Part shown: positions 1 to 9,504 of the stretch, piece by piece
Numbering within the stretch: the first letter of the stretch is position 1
How the letters are laid out: each line of letters starts with the position of its first letter
From: a virus
Lineage: Duplodnaviria > Caudoviricetes
Direction: 5' to 3' (one strand)
IMG/VR virus record: IMGVR_UViG_3300014205_000017
Location: 6,331-70,330 of that record
DNA length: 64,000 nt
Position numbers and translations under genes: made by a program
The notes under the pieces: generated by a model
Database searches by the model: none
The model's input: only the letters and a program-made list of their open reading frames with translations
Told to the model about the DNA's origin: nothing

Positions 1-35
1 AAATAAATTCCGAGTATCGCAACTTGCAACGGAAC

Positions 36-1247
36 TTAACCGTACATATTAGATCGGCGCTCAGGGTAGCGACGTATGGACAAGTATTCAATAGCGCGAG
101 TAACACCAGTATACATCAGCTGGTGATAAGGTACTCCGCGCAATAGTTCCTCGATGATGAGCACTCGCAGCCATTCACTACCCTGGGACTTGTGGATGGT
201 CAGGCAGAAGCCATAGTCAAAGCCGCCTGTGCACTTGTAAGAGTCTTCACGAGTTTGGAAGTCTTCAGAGAAGCAACTAGGGTTGAACTTGGCATACCGC
301 TCTTTGCCGTCCGTCAGCGACTTGAGGATGACATATTCCATCCCAGGCGCATCATCGCTGTCCTCAGACCCTTCTGGGATGTCCTCATATCGAATGACGA
401 TGCCTTGCTCACCGTTCATTATGTTGTAGCCGTGCTGGTTGAAAGTGCACACGACCTTCTCACCAACTTGCGGACGCATATCAGTAAAGCCCAACAACTT
501 GCGAATGCGAGCGTTATAGGATTTGCGCGTGTTGTTGTATGAGCACAATACCACGGCATCTTCGCCGGTAAAGGTCAACAACTCCTCATCGCCTATTACG
601 CCGTCCCTAACACTTACGTCATCGTACTCGCGTGGAGGCAGACGTTTACCCTGGCGAATCCACATCGAGCCCTTAACAATGTTACCGGCGTTCCGTTCGA
701 TGGTTTCGAGGGTGTAGTCAGCGCTCTCTGGCGTGAAGTAGACTGCGGCCTTCACCGGTGGGATTTGGCCTGGGTCGCCGAGTGCCAGAATTGGGATTCG
801 ATGGGAGGTCAGCTTGTCAGTATCATAGACGCCTACCATGGATGCTTCATCGAGCACGACCAGCTTGACGCCATCATCATCCAGAGCGCCTTTGGCAACA
901 AAGATAATCTCGCCATCATCATCCTCGCCACGAACGTTGTAGATGAACTGGTGCATCGTCTTGGCGCCTGGGCAGCCCTTTTGCCGCAGACGGCTGGTGG
1001 CCTTCCCGGTCGGCGCGATGAACATCGTGCGGTCCATAGTAGCGCACAACGTCGCGATGATCTTGGCAATAGTCGTCTTCCCAGTACCGGCATAGCCTGC
1101 CAGGAAAAAGATTTGCTTTCGATGCTTTCGCGCCACCCAGCCACGATACCAGGCGACCGCCAGATTGATGGCCTCCACCTGTTGGTCGTTGATCGTCGGG
1201 AAGTCGAAAGTTTCAGCCAGATATTCTTTGGTGAATAATTGAGTCAC
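36..1247 (-). CDS. SF1B ATP-dependent DNA helicase (RecD2/Dda-like)
   Basis: Walker A GYAGTGKTT, Walker B LDEASMV, LGDPGQIPPV, TIHKSQGSEW, YTGVTRA; GTG start at 1247 overlaps the upstream TGA (GTGA coupling). Confidence 0.9.
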   Translation of the reverse strand: MTQLFTKEYLAETFDFPTINDQQVEAINLAVAWYRGWVARKHRKQIFFLAGYAGTGKTTIAKIIATLCATMDRTMFIAPTGKATSRLRQKGCPGAKTMHQFIYNVRGEDDDGEIIFVAKGALDDDGVKLVVLDEASMVGVYDTDKLTSHRIPILALGDPGQIPPVKAAVYFTPESADYTLETIERNAGNIVKGSMWIRQGKRLPPREYDDVSVRDGVIGDEELLTFTGEDAVVLCSYNNTRKSYNARIRKLLGFTDMRPQVGEKVVCTFNQHGYNIMNGEQGIVIRYEDIPEGSEDSDDAPGMEYVILKSLTDGKERYAKFNPSCFSEDFQTREDSYKCTGGFDYGFCLTIHKSQGSEWLRVLIIEELLRGVPYHQLMYTGVTRAIEYLSIRRYPERRSNMYG

Positions 1248-1693
1248 TTGAGATCCTTTGCGCAGACTGGCTGCGGCATCGCACGCACCACAGGGATGAT
1301 TTGGACGGTGTCGAGCTTCAGCCGCCACTTGGCATCAGGAGTCGAGAAGCCGTCAGACTTGCGGAACATGGTGCCCAGCTCATCAATCCAATAGAGCTTG
1401 GTCTGTCGGATTCTGGTCAGGCGACCAACCCCACCGACGCGCCGTGCGAACATTACTACGCTGCCGACGTGGGTCAGTCGATGGGCGTAGGACGCGCCTG
1501 CGCCGGGTGGAGTGTTGATAGAGCCAAGCATGAGCCGGGGAAAGTCTTCACCAGTAGTCGCGGCTCGCCCGTCCTTGAATCGCCACCGATTGCGGTCTGT
1601 GTCAATCCAATGTTTCGAGCCGCGCTTGAGAGCGACCGGCATTCGCTTGCCGTTCCTATAAAGGACGGTTCCGCTGTAAACAAACTTGTTCAT
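1244..1693 (-). CDS. hypothetical basic protein
   Basis: 149-aa ORF coupled to the helicase; upstream TATAAT at 1745-1750 (minus strand). Confidence 0.65.
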   Translation of the reverse strand: MNKFVYSGTVLYRNGKRMPVALKRGSKHWIDTDRNRWRFKDGRAATTGEDFPRLMLGSINTPPGAGASYAHRLTHVGSVVMFARRVGGVGRLTRIRQTKLYWIDELGTMFRKSDGFSTPDAKWRLKLDTVQIIPVVRAMPQPVCAKDLK

Positions 1694-1791
1694 GTCCTGC
1701 TGTCCTGTTTGAAGGAGGGCATTGGTGCCTATTGCTACGGCGCTATTATAGGCTCAGGTCTGGCGCAAAAGGAAGCTATTTAAGACGTGAG

Positions 1792-1820
1792 TAGACTTAT
1801 TCACCAGAGTGGCGAATAAT
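1792..1820 (+). promoter_or_regulatory. sigma70-like promoter TAGACT-17-AATAAT (primase operon)
   Basis: hexamers read directly; same class as >10 other promoters in the window. Confidence 0.55.
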
Positions 1821-1858
1821 AAGCCATCACCAACCGTAACACAAAGAGTACATCCAGA

Positions 1859-2560
1859 ATGAGCATTGACAAATTAGACCCAGCAGCCGTAGATGCGGGC
1901 AAGGTAATTGTGTTGCATCGTATCGGCATGGAGCTGCTTGGCGCCATCGACGAATACATTGCGCTGCCGTGCGACAGTCTGAAGACTGCCATGCGTGTGA
2001 CCGCCAACCGATACCGCCAACGTCTGCTCGACAACGCACCAAACTCCAAGCGATTCGCGGCCCTGATCACGCAGACGGACCTCTTGTTCAACGAGACGGC
2101 CCCTATCTACGTTAACGCTGGACGACGCCTCTGCGCGCTCCTACGCCGTGAGGCTGGGGCTGAAGAGGGTGGCGAGTCCCATGCCGTCGCGGTGCTCATC
2201 TATATGCGCAAGTGCCTGGAGGCTGAAGTGGATCGCCTCAAGCTGTACCCGAGAATGGATCCGTCACGAGCCAAGGCTGATGTCAGCCTGATGCTCAAGA
2301 TTGACTCGCACGGGGCGTCCGGCACAGAAGGCCAGAAGGTTGTCCACATCATCTTCTCAGAGGGCTGCCCACCAGGCCGCGGCCGCAGCTGGCTTGAGAA
2401 GTTGTTCAAGGATGTGACGCGACTTTCCAAAGAGGCACATCGCCTGGTCGCTGAGCGTAACAAGGCTCCTTACTCTGAGTGTCCTTATCCAAGTCTTGAA
2501 GTTGAGTCGCCTGACTACACCGCCGACCGATTCCCAGGCCCATCACGCGAGAACTATTAA
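1859..2560 (+). CDS. hypothetical protein
   Basis: 233-aa ORF, TAATG-coupled to the primase. Confidence 0.75.
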   Translation: MSIDKLDPAAVDAGKVIVLHRIGMELLGAIDEYIALPCDSLKTAMRVTANRYRQRLLDNAPNSKRFAALITQTDLLFNETAPIYVNAGRRLCALLRREAGAEEGGESHAVAVLIYMRKCLEAEVDRLKLYPRMDPSRAKADVSLMLKIDSHGASGTEGQKVVHIIFSEGCPPGRGRSWLEKLFKDVTRLSKEAHRLVAERNKAPYSECPYPSLEVESPDYTADRFPGPSRENY

Positions 2561-3642
2561 TGACTCCATTACAGATCGCAGAGAAGTTCCTGATGGAGCT
2601 TCAAAGCTCCATCCCGGACACAGAGCGAGTCATGGCCGGTTACGCGACTGAGGCGACCGTACAGACGGACGCCGAAGGCAAAAAGATGAATGCCGGTTGG
2701 TGGCCGACTCCTTGGAAGTTGGACAAGTTCATCAACGAGCGGGCAAACTGCTATGCTTGTATTTCATCATCCATTAAGACGCCCAACCCAAAGACTGGCG
2801 TGATGCGGTACTGGCGCGGTGAGGCTTGCTTCGGCCACGGCCTGGCCTTGATGGTGGATGACATCGGCGACGGCCAGGGCAGCAAAGGCGGATTGGGACT
2901 CGACTACTTTGATGCGATATTGCCGCCGACTGTGACTGTGGAGACTTCGCCTGGTAACTATCAGCTGTGGTACTTCTTTGACCAGCCGGTCGAGTCGTTG
3001 GTTGAGTTCAAGTCGCTGCTGAATTGTTTCGTCGCGCACGTCCTAAAGAAGGGCGGTGACAACACGATCAAGGACATCAGCCGGTATGGGCGTATGCCGA
3101 TTGGCATCAACAACAAGCGACTTGAAGATGGCACGCTCAAGTACAAGCTGGAGGGTGGCAAGCCGTTCGTGGTTCGCATCACACAGGCCAACTATGACCT
3201 GCGATACTCGCCAGAGGACATTAGCACGTCGTTCGGGTTCACCATCAACATTCCGGTCAAGCCAGTCCACGACATCAACCCAGAGGACTATAAGTTTGAC
3301 GCTGTATGGCTTCGCATCGCCGACTACGTGTGCAGCAAGGCGAAGATGGGCGAAGGATCCAACGGTGAAGTCGCGGCCAACCAGTCTGGTAAGTATCGCA
3401 TTCGCTGCCCGTGGGGTCATGAGCACTCCAACGGTGATCCATATGGGGCGTATTTCCGTGGGCCCATTCCCGGCGCTGAGCATGAGTATGTGTTCGGTTG
3501 CGCGCATGACGGCTGTCGAAAGGAGGCGCGCCGGACCTGGGCTGTATTCGTCGATGAGATTGTCATGCCGTATATTGAGATGCGGCTGGAGAAGGTAAAC
3601 TGCGAAGTGGCCGGTGTAACTTTCGATCCAAACAAGCACTAG
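2560..3642 (+). CDS. DNA primase, RepB-like (AEP superfamily) with C-terminal Zn-binding region
   Basis: LMVDDIG and VETSPGNYQLWY motifs typical of RepB-type primases; CPWGHEH...CAHDGC. Confidence 0.8.
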   Translation: MTPLQIAEKFLMELQSSIPDTERVMAGYATEATVQTDAEGKKMNAGWWPTPWKLDKFINERANCYACISSSIKTPNPKTGVMRYWRGEACFGHGLALMVDDIGDGQGSKGGLGLDYFDAILPPTVTVETSPGNYQLWYFFDQPVESLVEFKSLLNCFVAHVLKKGGDNTIKDISRYGRMPIGINNKRLEDGTLKYKLEGGKPFVVRITQANYDLRYSPEDISTSFGFTINIPVKPVHDINPEDYKFDAVWLRIADYVCSKAKMGEGSNGEVAANQSGKYRIRCPWGHEHSNGDPYGAYFRGPIPGAEHEYVFGCAHDGCRKEARRTWAVFVDEIVMPYIEMRLEKVNCEVAGVTFDPNKH

Positions 3643-3668
3643 ACTTCTGCGCCTCAGTTCGGTATATT
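3640..3668 (+). promoter_or_regulatory. sigma70-like promoter TAGACT-17-TATATT
   Basis: hexamers read directly upstream of the ORF at 3711. Confidence 0.5.
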
Positions 3669-3710
3669 TGCTGGGCTGAGGCAAAACGCTCTCATAACTG
3701 GAGTAACAAA

Positions 3711-4394
3711 ATGAACATCACCATCGTATTTGGCAACACCTCCGAAGTCGCCGCGCTTCCCATGCCTATTGTTATCGCCACCCTTCAGGCCGACCTGATG
3801 ATCAGTACTGATCAGATGTCCAGCAAGTTCATCGGCGACTTGCTTGAGGCGCACGGCCCGGTACTTGAAGGCCACATCCTGATCGTCACGACTGACCTGT
3901 CCATCAACGGTCGATACCTGTCTGAGTGGGCTGCCCAGTTCCCACAGATCACGTCCATCCGCCACGCTGCGAACTGGCACGACCAATACAAGGCCATGCG
4001 CGGGCCTGCTGCGGCATTCCAACATCATGGCGAAAACGTGACCATCGAAGTTGATGGCGTGAAGTTTGATGCCTATGAAGAGTCTGAGTCAGTCAGCGAG
4101 AATGATCCAAATGTTCGCGATGGATTGACCTTCGGCGACCTCAAGGCGACTACAATTTCGATGGACGCAGACCCAAAAGAAGTTGCTAGATTTAACGAGC
4201 AGTTCAAGCGCTGGGCTGCCGAGAAGTTGTTGCCGCGATCCGTCATCATGTCGGCAATTCACAAGTTCAGCAATCCACCTGTTGTCTACCATGATGAAGC
4301 GACTCAGCTCAAACACCGGCAGTTTGACAATGCGTTGTTCCGTCGCATGGTACGCACCAATGGCGAAGACATCGTCAATGTGAAGGGAATCTAA
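3711..4394 (+). CDS. hypothetical protein
   Basis: 227-aa ORF with GGAG RBS. Confidence 0.75.
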   Translation: MNITIVFGNTSEVAALPMPIVIATLQADLMISTDQMSSKFIGDLLEAHGPVLEGHILIVTTDLSINGRYLSEWAAQFPQITSIRHAANWHDQYKAMRGPAAAFQHHGENVTIEVDGVKFDAYEESESVSENDPNVRDGLTFGDLKATTISMDADPKEVARFNEQFKRWAAEKLLPRSVIMSAIHKFSNPPVVYHDEATQLKHRQFDNALFRRMVRTNGEDIVNVKGI

Positions 4395-4408
4395 TTCAGT
4401 ACACTTGA

Positions 4409-4437
4409 TAGACCTCGCGGCGTATTCAGGAGATAAT
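4409..4437 (+). promoter_or_regulatory. sigma70-like promoter TAGACC-17-GATAAT
   Basis: hexamers read directly; 5'UTR hairpin GGTGTCG/CGACACC follows. Confidence 0.55.
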
Positions 4438-4507
4438 CCGCCTCCACCCCGGAACTAAACCAAACGGCAGGTGTCGCACAACGCCGACACCCAACAGAGA
4501 GTAGCGC

Positions 4508-5011
4508 ATGAACAAGCAGTCACTTTTCCTGAACATTTTCCAAGCAACGTCGGACGTGTGTGGTGGAGCAGCTATTACGCCACACCTTGAGTTCGATTTG
4601 CCGTTAGAAGTCCATGTTGGCCGCAACTCAAAGAATGGGGCAATTTCCCATATCACTCTTGAGTTTGCCGGCATTCGCGCCCGGTTCCTCTGCTCCATCC
4701 TCTTCAACGGCTCAGGTCCGCACGACACCTGTCTGGCCAACTTCCACATGCCCAAGCGAAAGCTCCAGTCGCACCAGAAAGCGTATGTGCTGCTCAGCTG
4801 TCTGGACTTCCTGACTAGCCAAGGCGTCGTCGAAACTTCCATGGCAGACTTCTGCGCGAGTGTGGAGGCCGACTACACCGGGCCACACGCCATCCTACCG
4901 CACTTCTATGCCCTCACCGCCAAATCCGAACGCTACGTTGAAGACCACCCAGAGCTTCTGCGCGGCGTCGGCATGGAGCAACACCATCCCAGCCTCAACT
5001 TCTCATTCTAA
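4508..5011 (+). CDS. hypothetical protein
   Basis: 167-aa ORF with GAGAG RBS. Confidence 0.7.
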   Translation: MNKQSLFLNIFQATSDVCGGAAITPHLEFDLPLEVHVGRNSKNGAISHITLEFAGIRARFLCSILFNGSGPHDTCLANFHMPKRKLQSHQKAYVLLSCLDFLTSQGVVETSMADFCASVEADYTGPHAILPHFYALTAKSERYVEDHPELLRGVGMEQHHPSLNFSF

Positions 5012-5036
5012 CTAATCGACCATAGGAGACAACTTC

Positions 5037-6722
5037 ATGAGCGAACATGAAGTGCCTGGTGTTGGTGGTCAGGACGATGATGACTATTTTGCACAAATGG
5101 AGGATGCTGGCAACAGCGACCTCATGAACGAATCTGAAGCGGCTGCGACCATCGCCGTCGTCAATATGGAGCACCGAAAAGAGGCAAAAGAGATTGCCCG
5201 CGATGGCGTGTATGGCGAGCCTGATCTGGTCAAGCGAGCGCGAAAGTTGCGTGACCTTGAGGCGATCAAATTCGTCCACTTTCAAGCATCACGTGCGAAC
5301 GATCCAACTGACGTAGGGGTGAAGGCCAAAAAGGATTCGCTCATGAACCGCCACGCGGTCTATGACGCCCTGTTCGACTTCGGCAGCGGACAGGTGCCCT
5401 ACCCGCACTACGACACGTTCAGAGGGCGATTAGTCGATCACGAGGGGCAGACCTTCAGCGCTCGCACGATACGCACCCGAGAACTTGTTAGGGCGCTTGA
5501 CAAGGCCGGTATGGAGTCGCCTACGGATAAGGAGGTGGCCGACTCGCTACGGTCCTGGGCTCTGGACCACCAGCGTGACTCGCTCAAGACGTACTTTGAG
5601 CAGACCATCGTTGAATGGGACGGCGTGTCGCGGCTGGAGACTTTGCTGATTGATCTGTTCAAGCCGTTCGATACTGAGCTGACTCGACTGATCGGCAAAT
5701 ACTTCTGGCTCAGCCTGTACAACCGGGTGGTCAACCCTGGCTCGCAAGCACCAATCACCATCGCGTTGATCGGCGCCCAGGATGTCGGCAAGTCCTACTT
5801 TTCGCTGCTGTTGTGCCGCCTGTTGACTGGTGACAAAACGATTGGTCCCATCATGCTGGATCTGGGGGCCAAGAACTACAACCCATTCCTGCGGAACATC
5901 ACCGGCAAATCCATCATCGCGGTGGTTGGTGAGATGGCTGGCTTTCGTAAGGGCGACATGCTCCGCATCAAGGAGTTCGTCACCAAGACTGAGGATGACC
6001 TGGACTTCAAATTTGAAGACTCCATCGTCAAGCCTCGACAATGGATCACCGTCATGGACGGTAACAGCTATGAGGGGCTCCAGAAGGATGACACAGGCAA
6101 CCGTCGCTTCTATCCTCTGTTTGTAAATCAGATTGAGGATCTGAACGGCAAGCCAGCGTGGGCCAGCGGTATCAAGGCAGACTTCAGCAACTTTGAGGCT
6201 GACATGTGGCAGGTAATGGCCGAGTGTCGCGCTTGGATGGAGAAGCATGGCGAGGGCGGTTACAGCAGCTTGATATCCCAGGCGAACGGCGGTGTGGCAG
6301 GCTTCTCCGATGGTGAGATGAAGCAAGCTCGCGGCGTCCAGCTTGACGATAATATCGAAGCCAACCTGAAGAATGTTCTCATCGGTTGCGACTGGCGCCA
6401 GATGGCAGGTAATGCCAAGATCCAGGGCCTGTTCACTTCCATTAGTGAGATCAATTCCATCTTCCTGAAAATCTCGCGCAAGGAGCCATATTCAAAGCAC
6501 CTGGCGCCTCACATGAGCGCGCTTCAGATGGCGCCGAAACAATTGGGCGGTCGCGGCTACTTCATCGCCCGTGAGGATATTGGCGGTGACGGTTCGGTCG
6601 AGGCGTTGCGCCGCAAGATCTGGCGTCACCAATGTACTGATGAGGATCAACTCAATATGACTGATGCCGAAGTCGATATTGACGTGGACCGCATGATGGC
6701 CGTGCTCGGTGGAGGATTCTGA
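5037..6722 (+). CDS. VirE/VapE-family P-loop ATPase (putative replicative helicase)
   Basis: WDGVSRLE, Walker A LIGAQDVGKS, DDTGNRRFYP typical of VirE proteins. Confidence 0.85.
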   Translation: MSEHEVPGVGGQDDDDYFAQMEDAGNSDLMNESEAAATIAVVNMEHRKEAKEIARDGVYGEPDLVKRARKLRDLEAIKFVHFQASRANDPTDVGVKAKKDSLMNRHAVYDALFDFGSGQVPYPHYDTFRGRLVDHEGQTFSARTIRTRELVRALDKAGMESPTDKEVADSLRSWALDHQRDSLKTYFEQTIVEWDGVSRLETLLIDLFKPFDTELTRLIGKYFWLSLYNRVVNPGSQAPITIALIGAQDVGKSYFSLLLCRLLTGDKTIGPIMLDLGAKNYNPFLRNITGKSIIAVVGEMAGFRKGDMLRIKEFVTKTEDDLDFKFEDSIVKPRQWITVMDGNSYEGLQKDDTGNRRFYPLFVNQIEDLNGKPAWASGIKADFSNFEADMWQVMAECRAWMEKHGEGGYSSLISQANGGVAGFSDGEMKQARGVQLDDNIEANLKNVLIGCDWRQMAGNAKIQGLFTSISEINSIFLKISRKEPYSKHLAPHMSALQMAPKQLGGRGYFIAREDIGGDGSVEALRRKIWRHQCTDEDQLNMTDAEVDIDVDRMMAVLGGGF

Positions 6723-6733
6723 GTAGATAGGAC

Positions 6734-6756
6734 GCTAACTAGTAGTTAGCTAACTA
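6734..6756. repeat. compound palindrome GCTAACTA-G-TAGTTAGCTAACTA
   Basis: read directly; the 14-bp core TAGTTAGCTAACTA recurs at 11029-11042. Confidence 0.85.
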
Positions 6757-6773
6757 ACAATCGACGTAACATG

Positions 6774-6797
6774 AAGGCTGCCCAAGGGTGGCCTTTT
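6774..6797 (+). terminator. intrinsic terminator
   Basis: AAGGCTGCCC-AA-GGGTGGCC-TTTT. Confidence 0.6.
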
Positions 6798-6817
6798 CAA
6801 CATCCCTGAAATAGCAG

Positions 6818-6846
6818 TTTACTTCTGATTCAGAATGGGAGATAAT
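6818..6846 (+). promoter_or_regulatory. sigma70-like promoter TTTACT-17-GATAAT
   Basis: hexamers read directly, upstream of the small-ORF operon. Confidence 0.55.
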
Positions 6847-6886
6847 CAGTCCATCGGCAAGTTAATGACTATCTGGAGAATGACAG

Positions 6887-7126
6887 ATGTTCGACTTTAA
6901 ACGTGAAGTGAATGCTCCAATCGACGGCAAGGGCGAAGGCCTGGAACATCGCGCCGTGCTGGCAGTCGAGGGCGTCATCTACACTGTGGGCTTTGGTGTG
7001 GACTCTGTAAAGAATTCCAGCGGTTACTGCGTGCTGGTTCAGGACGACAAACTCAACCTCCTTATTTCTCACATAACTGGCACGATTGCCGGTTACAACT
7101 ACAGCAACGTGTGGAGTGCATACTGA
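6887..7126 (+). CDS. hypothetical protein
   Basis: 79 aa, GGAG RBS, TGATG-coupled to the next ORF. Confidence 0.7.
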   Translation: MFDFKREVNAPIDGKGEGLEHRAVLAVEGVIYTVGFGVDSVKNSSGYCVLVQDDKLNLLISHITGTIAGYNYSNVWSAY

Positions 7127-7575
7127 TGAGTGTTCAAGGTGACAAAGTTAATGGCGAGTCGAAATTTGACGTTGTCAAGCGCGCAGTCGATCCAGACGGC
7201 AACGCCCTGTGTCCTTTCTGTAATGGGACTGTGGACCCAACCGGCGTTCTGAATGGCGACGGCTCGCGCTCGCCTGAGTGCAACGACTGCGGCGCAACTA
7301 CGCTGACCTTGGACATCTGGAATGGCGCGCCTGCTTTGGCCGCTGGTCTGGCAGTAATCGAGCGCTCCAGCAGCCTGGTCCTCAAGCAGCTGCGCCAGCT
7401 TCTCGGTCATGTGGAGGATGGCAGCGACACTGTACTGTCCTTGTTCCAGGACGATGCGACTCGCAGCTACTGTCTCAACCTCAGGGTATCAGGGCGACAG
7501 GTCCACAGCGCGTACACATCTGACTCGATGGTCGGCGCGATCCAAGCGGCCCACAAGGGTGAGGTGTCGGAATGA
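7126..7575 (+). CDS. Lar-like zinc-ribbon protein
   Basis: CPFCNG...CNDCGA motif resembling the restriction-alleviation Lar family; ATG at 7126. Confidence 0.55.
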   Translation: MSVQGDKVNGESKFDVVKRAVDPDGNALCPFCNGTVDPTGVLNGDGSRSPECNDCGATTLTLDIWNGAPALAAGLAVIERSSSLVLKQLRQLLGHVEDGSDTVLSLFQDDATRSYCLNLRVSGRQVHSAYTSDSMVGAIQAAHKGEVSE

Positions 7576-7802
7576 GCACTGATAAAGCAGATTCTGTGAG
7601 CGCTGTAGTTCGCATTCGTCTGGTGGTCGAGGTCACAGTGGGCAACTGGGGCGGTGGATCGTCATTCGTTGAGTTGCGCGAACAGGCCACGCGGGAAGCA
7701 AAGCAGCAGATGAAGAATGTCATCAACAATGCCGCGAGTTCGATCCAGATCATCAGCGCCCAATCCATGCACGTCAAGTTGGTTGGCGAGGTGTCGGAAT
7801 GA
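7572..7802 (+). CDS. hypothetical protein
   Basis: 76 aa, GAGG RBS, ATGA coupling. Confidence 0.7.
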   Translation: MSTDKADSVSAVVRIRLVVEVTVGNWGGGSSFVELREQATREAKQQMKNVINNAASSIQIISAQSMHVKLVGEVSE

Positions 7803-8032
7803 GTGGCCTACTGCAGCGCCTGTTTGAAGGCGTCGGCGTGTTGACGGTAGGACTGGCTGTCATCCTTGGCGTGGCCGCGCTTGGCAGCCCAGAAAGTAAA
7901 GTTGAGGCGGCGAATGACAGTGTGGACATCGGCAACGGAATACAGCGCACTGACGACACAGAGCGTGGCGTGACCTGCTACCGAGTAGGCTACAACGCGC
8001 CACTTTCTTGCGTCGTCACAGGAGTTAAGTGA
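7799..8032 (+). CDS. small protein with N-terminal membrane anchor/signal
   Basis: hydrophobic VGVLTVGLAVILGVAALG; ATGA coupling. Confidence 0.7.
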   Translation: MSGLLQRLFEGVGVLTVGLAVILGVAALGSPESKVEAANDSVDIGNGIQRTDDTERGVTCYRVGYNAPLSCVVTGVK

Positions 8033-8406
8033 TGAAGCCACACCGCAAATGCACTCGCTGCGATCAGCCAGCCTGTAAGCCCACCGGGAACGAGGCGTGG
8101 GCCAAGCTCTGCCATATCCACAACCAGGAGCGCCGAGCGCGCCAGGCAGCATCCCGCGCTCGTCCTAAGTGCGGTTGTGGCGGTGAGATGCCCAAGGACG
8201 CCGACCAATGCCGAGGGTGCGCCGCGAAAGTGAATCGTGAGTGTGATCGCGCAGATCGTGAACTCAACCTTGATCATTATGTGATTGATACGTTACAATC
8301 GCGTTTGAGGTCTCTGGCTCACACTCTGATCCATGACCACCGCTACCTTGAGAGCGAGGCTGCTGAAGCCGCTGCAATCGCCAACGAACTGGAGTTATTG
8401 AAATGA
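8029..8406 (+). CDS. Cys-rich putative Zn-binding protein
   Basis: CTRC..C...CHIH and CGCG...CRGC clusters. Confidence 0.7.
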   Translation: MMKPHRKCTRCDQPACKPTGNEAWAKLCHIHNQERRARQAASRARPKCGCGGEMPKDADQCRGCAAKVNRECDRADRELNLDHYVIDTLQSRLRSLAHTLIHDHRYLESEAAEAAAIANELELLK

Positions 8407-8918
8407 GCAAAGAGTTGAAAGAGTGGACTATGGTCGATGTGACGTTGGAACAGTTCAACGCATTCATCGACACGATCAAAGATGAGCCTGGCTACTATAC
8501 TGGCCAGGATGTGGGCCGGACCCATGGCATGGGATCCCATTATGCATACAAGCTGGTCGAAGGCTACAAGCCGTCATCGGCAGCGATTGCCGAGTGGTCC
8601 TGGTACATGGATAACGTCGATGGCCAGTTCGGGACTGCCAAGCGTGTCTGGACATGGCGCATTGCTGAGCCGTTCGTGCCTTCTCAGAGGCCGGTGACCT
8701 TGCCCATGATCGAGGAACGTTACATTGTGGTCAAGCTGAAGCATCTGACAGAGGCCCAAGAGGCCAGGGTGCGCAATGTGCTGGCCAACATTGACATTGG
8801 CACAGTAGAGTGCATGGTGGTCGAGAAAGGCTGGCCCATGTACAACGAGACTGTGACTTCGGTATTGACGTGGGCCGCGCTTGACACAAAGAAGGGTGAA
8901 GCTGATGGCAACGTTTAA
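8403..8918 (+). CDS. hypothetical protein
   Basis: 171 aa, GGAG RBS, ATGA coupling. Confidence 0.75.
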   Translation: MSKELKEWTMVDVTLEQFNAFIDTIKDEPGYYTGQDVGRTHGMGSHYAYKLVEGYKPSSAAIAEWSWYMDNVDGQFGTAKRVWTWRIAEPFVPSQRPVTLPMIEERYIVVKLKHLTEAQEARVRNVLANIDIGTVECMVVEKGWPMYNETVTSVLTWAALDTKKGEADGNV

Positions 8919-9357
8919 AGAGCTGTCGTGGAGCCCACCGCTCAAGCCGTGCGACGAGTGCCGATATGATCATGTGGAGGCCGTCACGCCATTCGGATTG
9001 CTCAGGATTGAGTGGAAGTCTTGGAAGTCGTATGACACCATGGACATAACATTCAATGGTGAGTGGGTGGCCAGTGGGCCATGTGCAGGCCCATCGAGCC
9101 CGACCACTGAGCTTCACGAGACGTACAGGGCTATCGAGCAGGCCAAGGCCACCGCCTATGAATGGTTCCTGGCCAAGCTACAGGGATGTCTTCCGTCTGA
9201 GGTTGAGCGTGTGCCAGCCCACACCGAGCTGCAGGGCATCTTTGATTCCAACAAGGGCGCGGATGGCACATTGGTGATCAGCAAGGCTCTGGCTGAGAGT
9301 CTGCTGGAGGACTGGGCTTACAGGAACGAACGCAAAGGACATTATCCGACGTCTTAG
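8905..9357 (+). CDS. hypothetical protein
   Basis: ATG at 8905 with GGGTG RBS; 150 aa. Confidence 0.7.
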   Translation: MATFKELSWSPPLKPCDECRYDHVEAVTPFGLLRIEWKSWKSYDTMDITFNGEWVASGPCAGPSSPTTELHETYRAIEQAKATAYEWFLAKLQGCLPSEVERVPAHTELQGIFDSNKGADGTLVISKALAESLLEDWAYRNERKGHYPTS

Positions 9358-9504
9358 GCTGGGCCGTCGCCTACGGTGATCCCAGCAAACGCCGTAGGCA
9401 GTGTCTGAATAGCCTTCCTGGTCCCTTCGCGGCGCCAGGTTGAGGCGTATAAGGTTGGTGCGGATCGGGCTGGCCAAAGTTAACATTAAGCAGGAGGATT
9501 TAAC

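Noticed and set aside
9358-9420. Self-cleaving ribozyme call for the pseudoknot
   Set aside because: Could not place HDV P3/P1.1, hammerhead CUGAUGA/GAAA, twister or pistol conserved cores; kept only as a generic structure.
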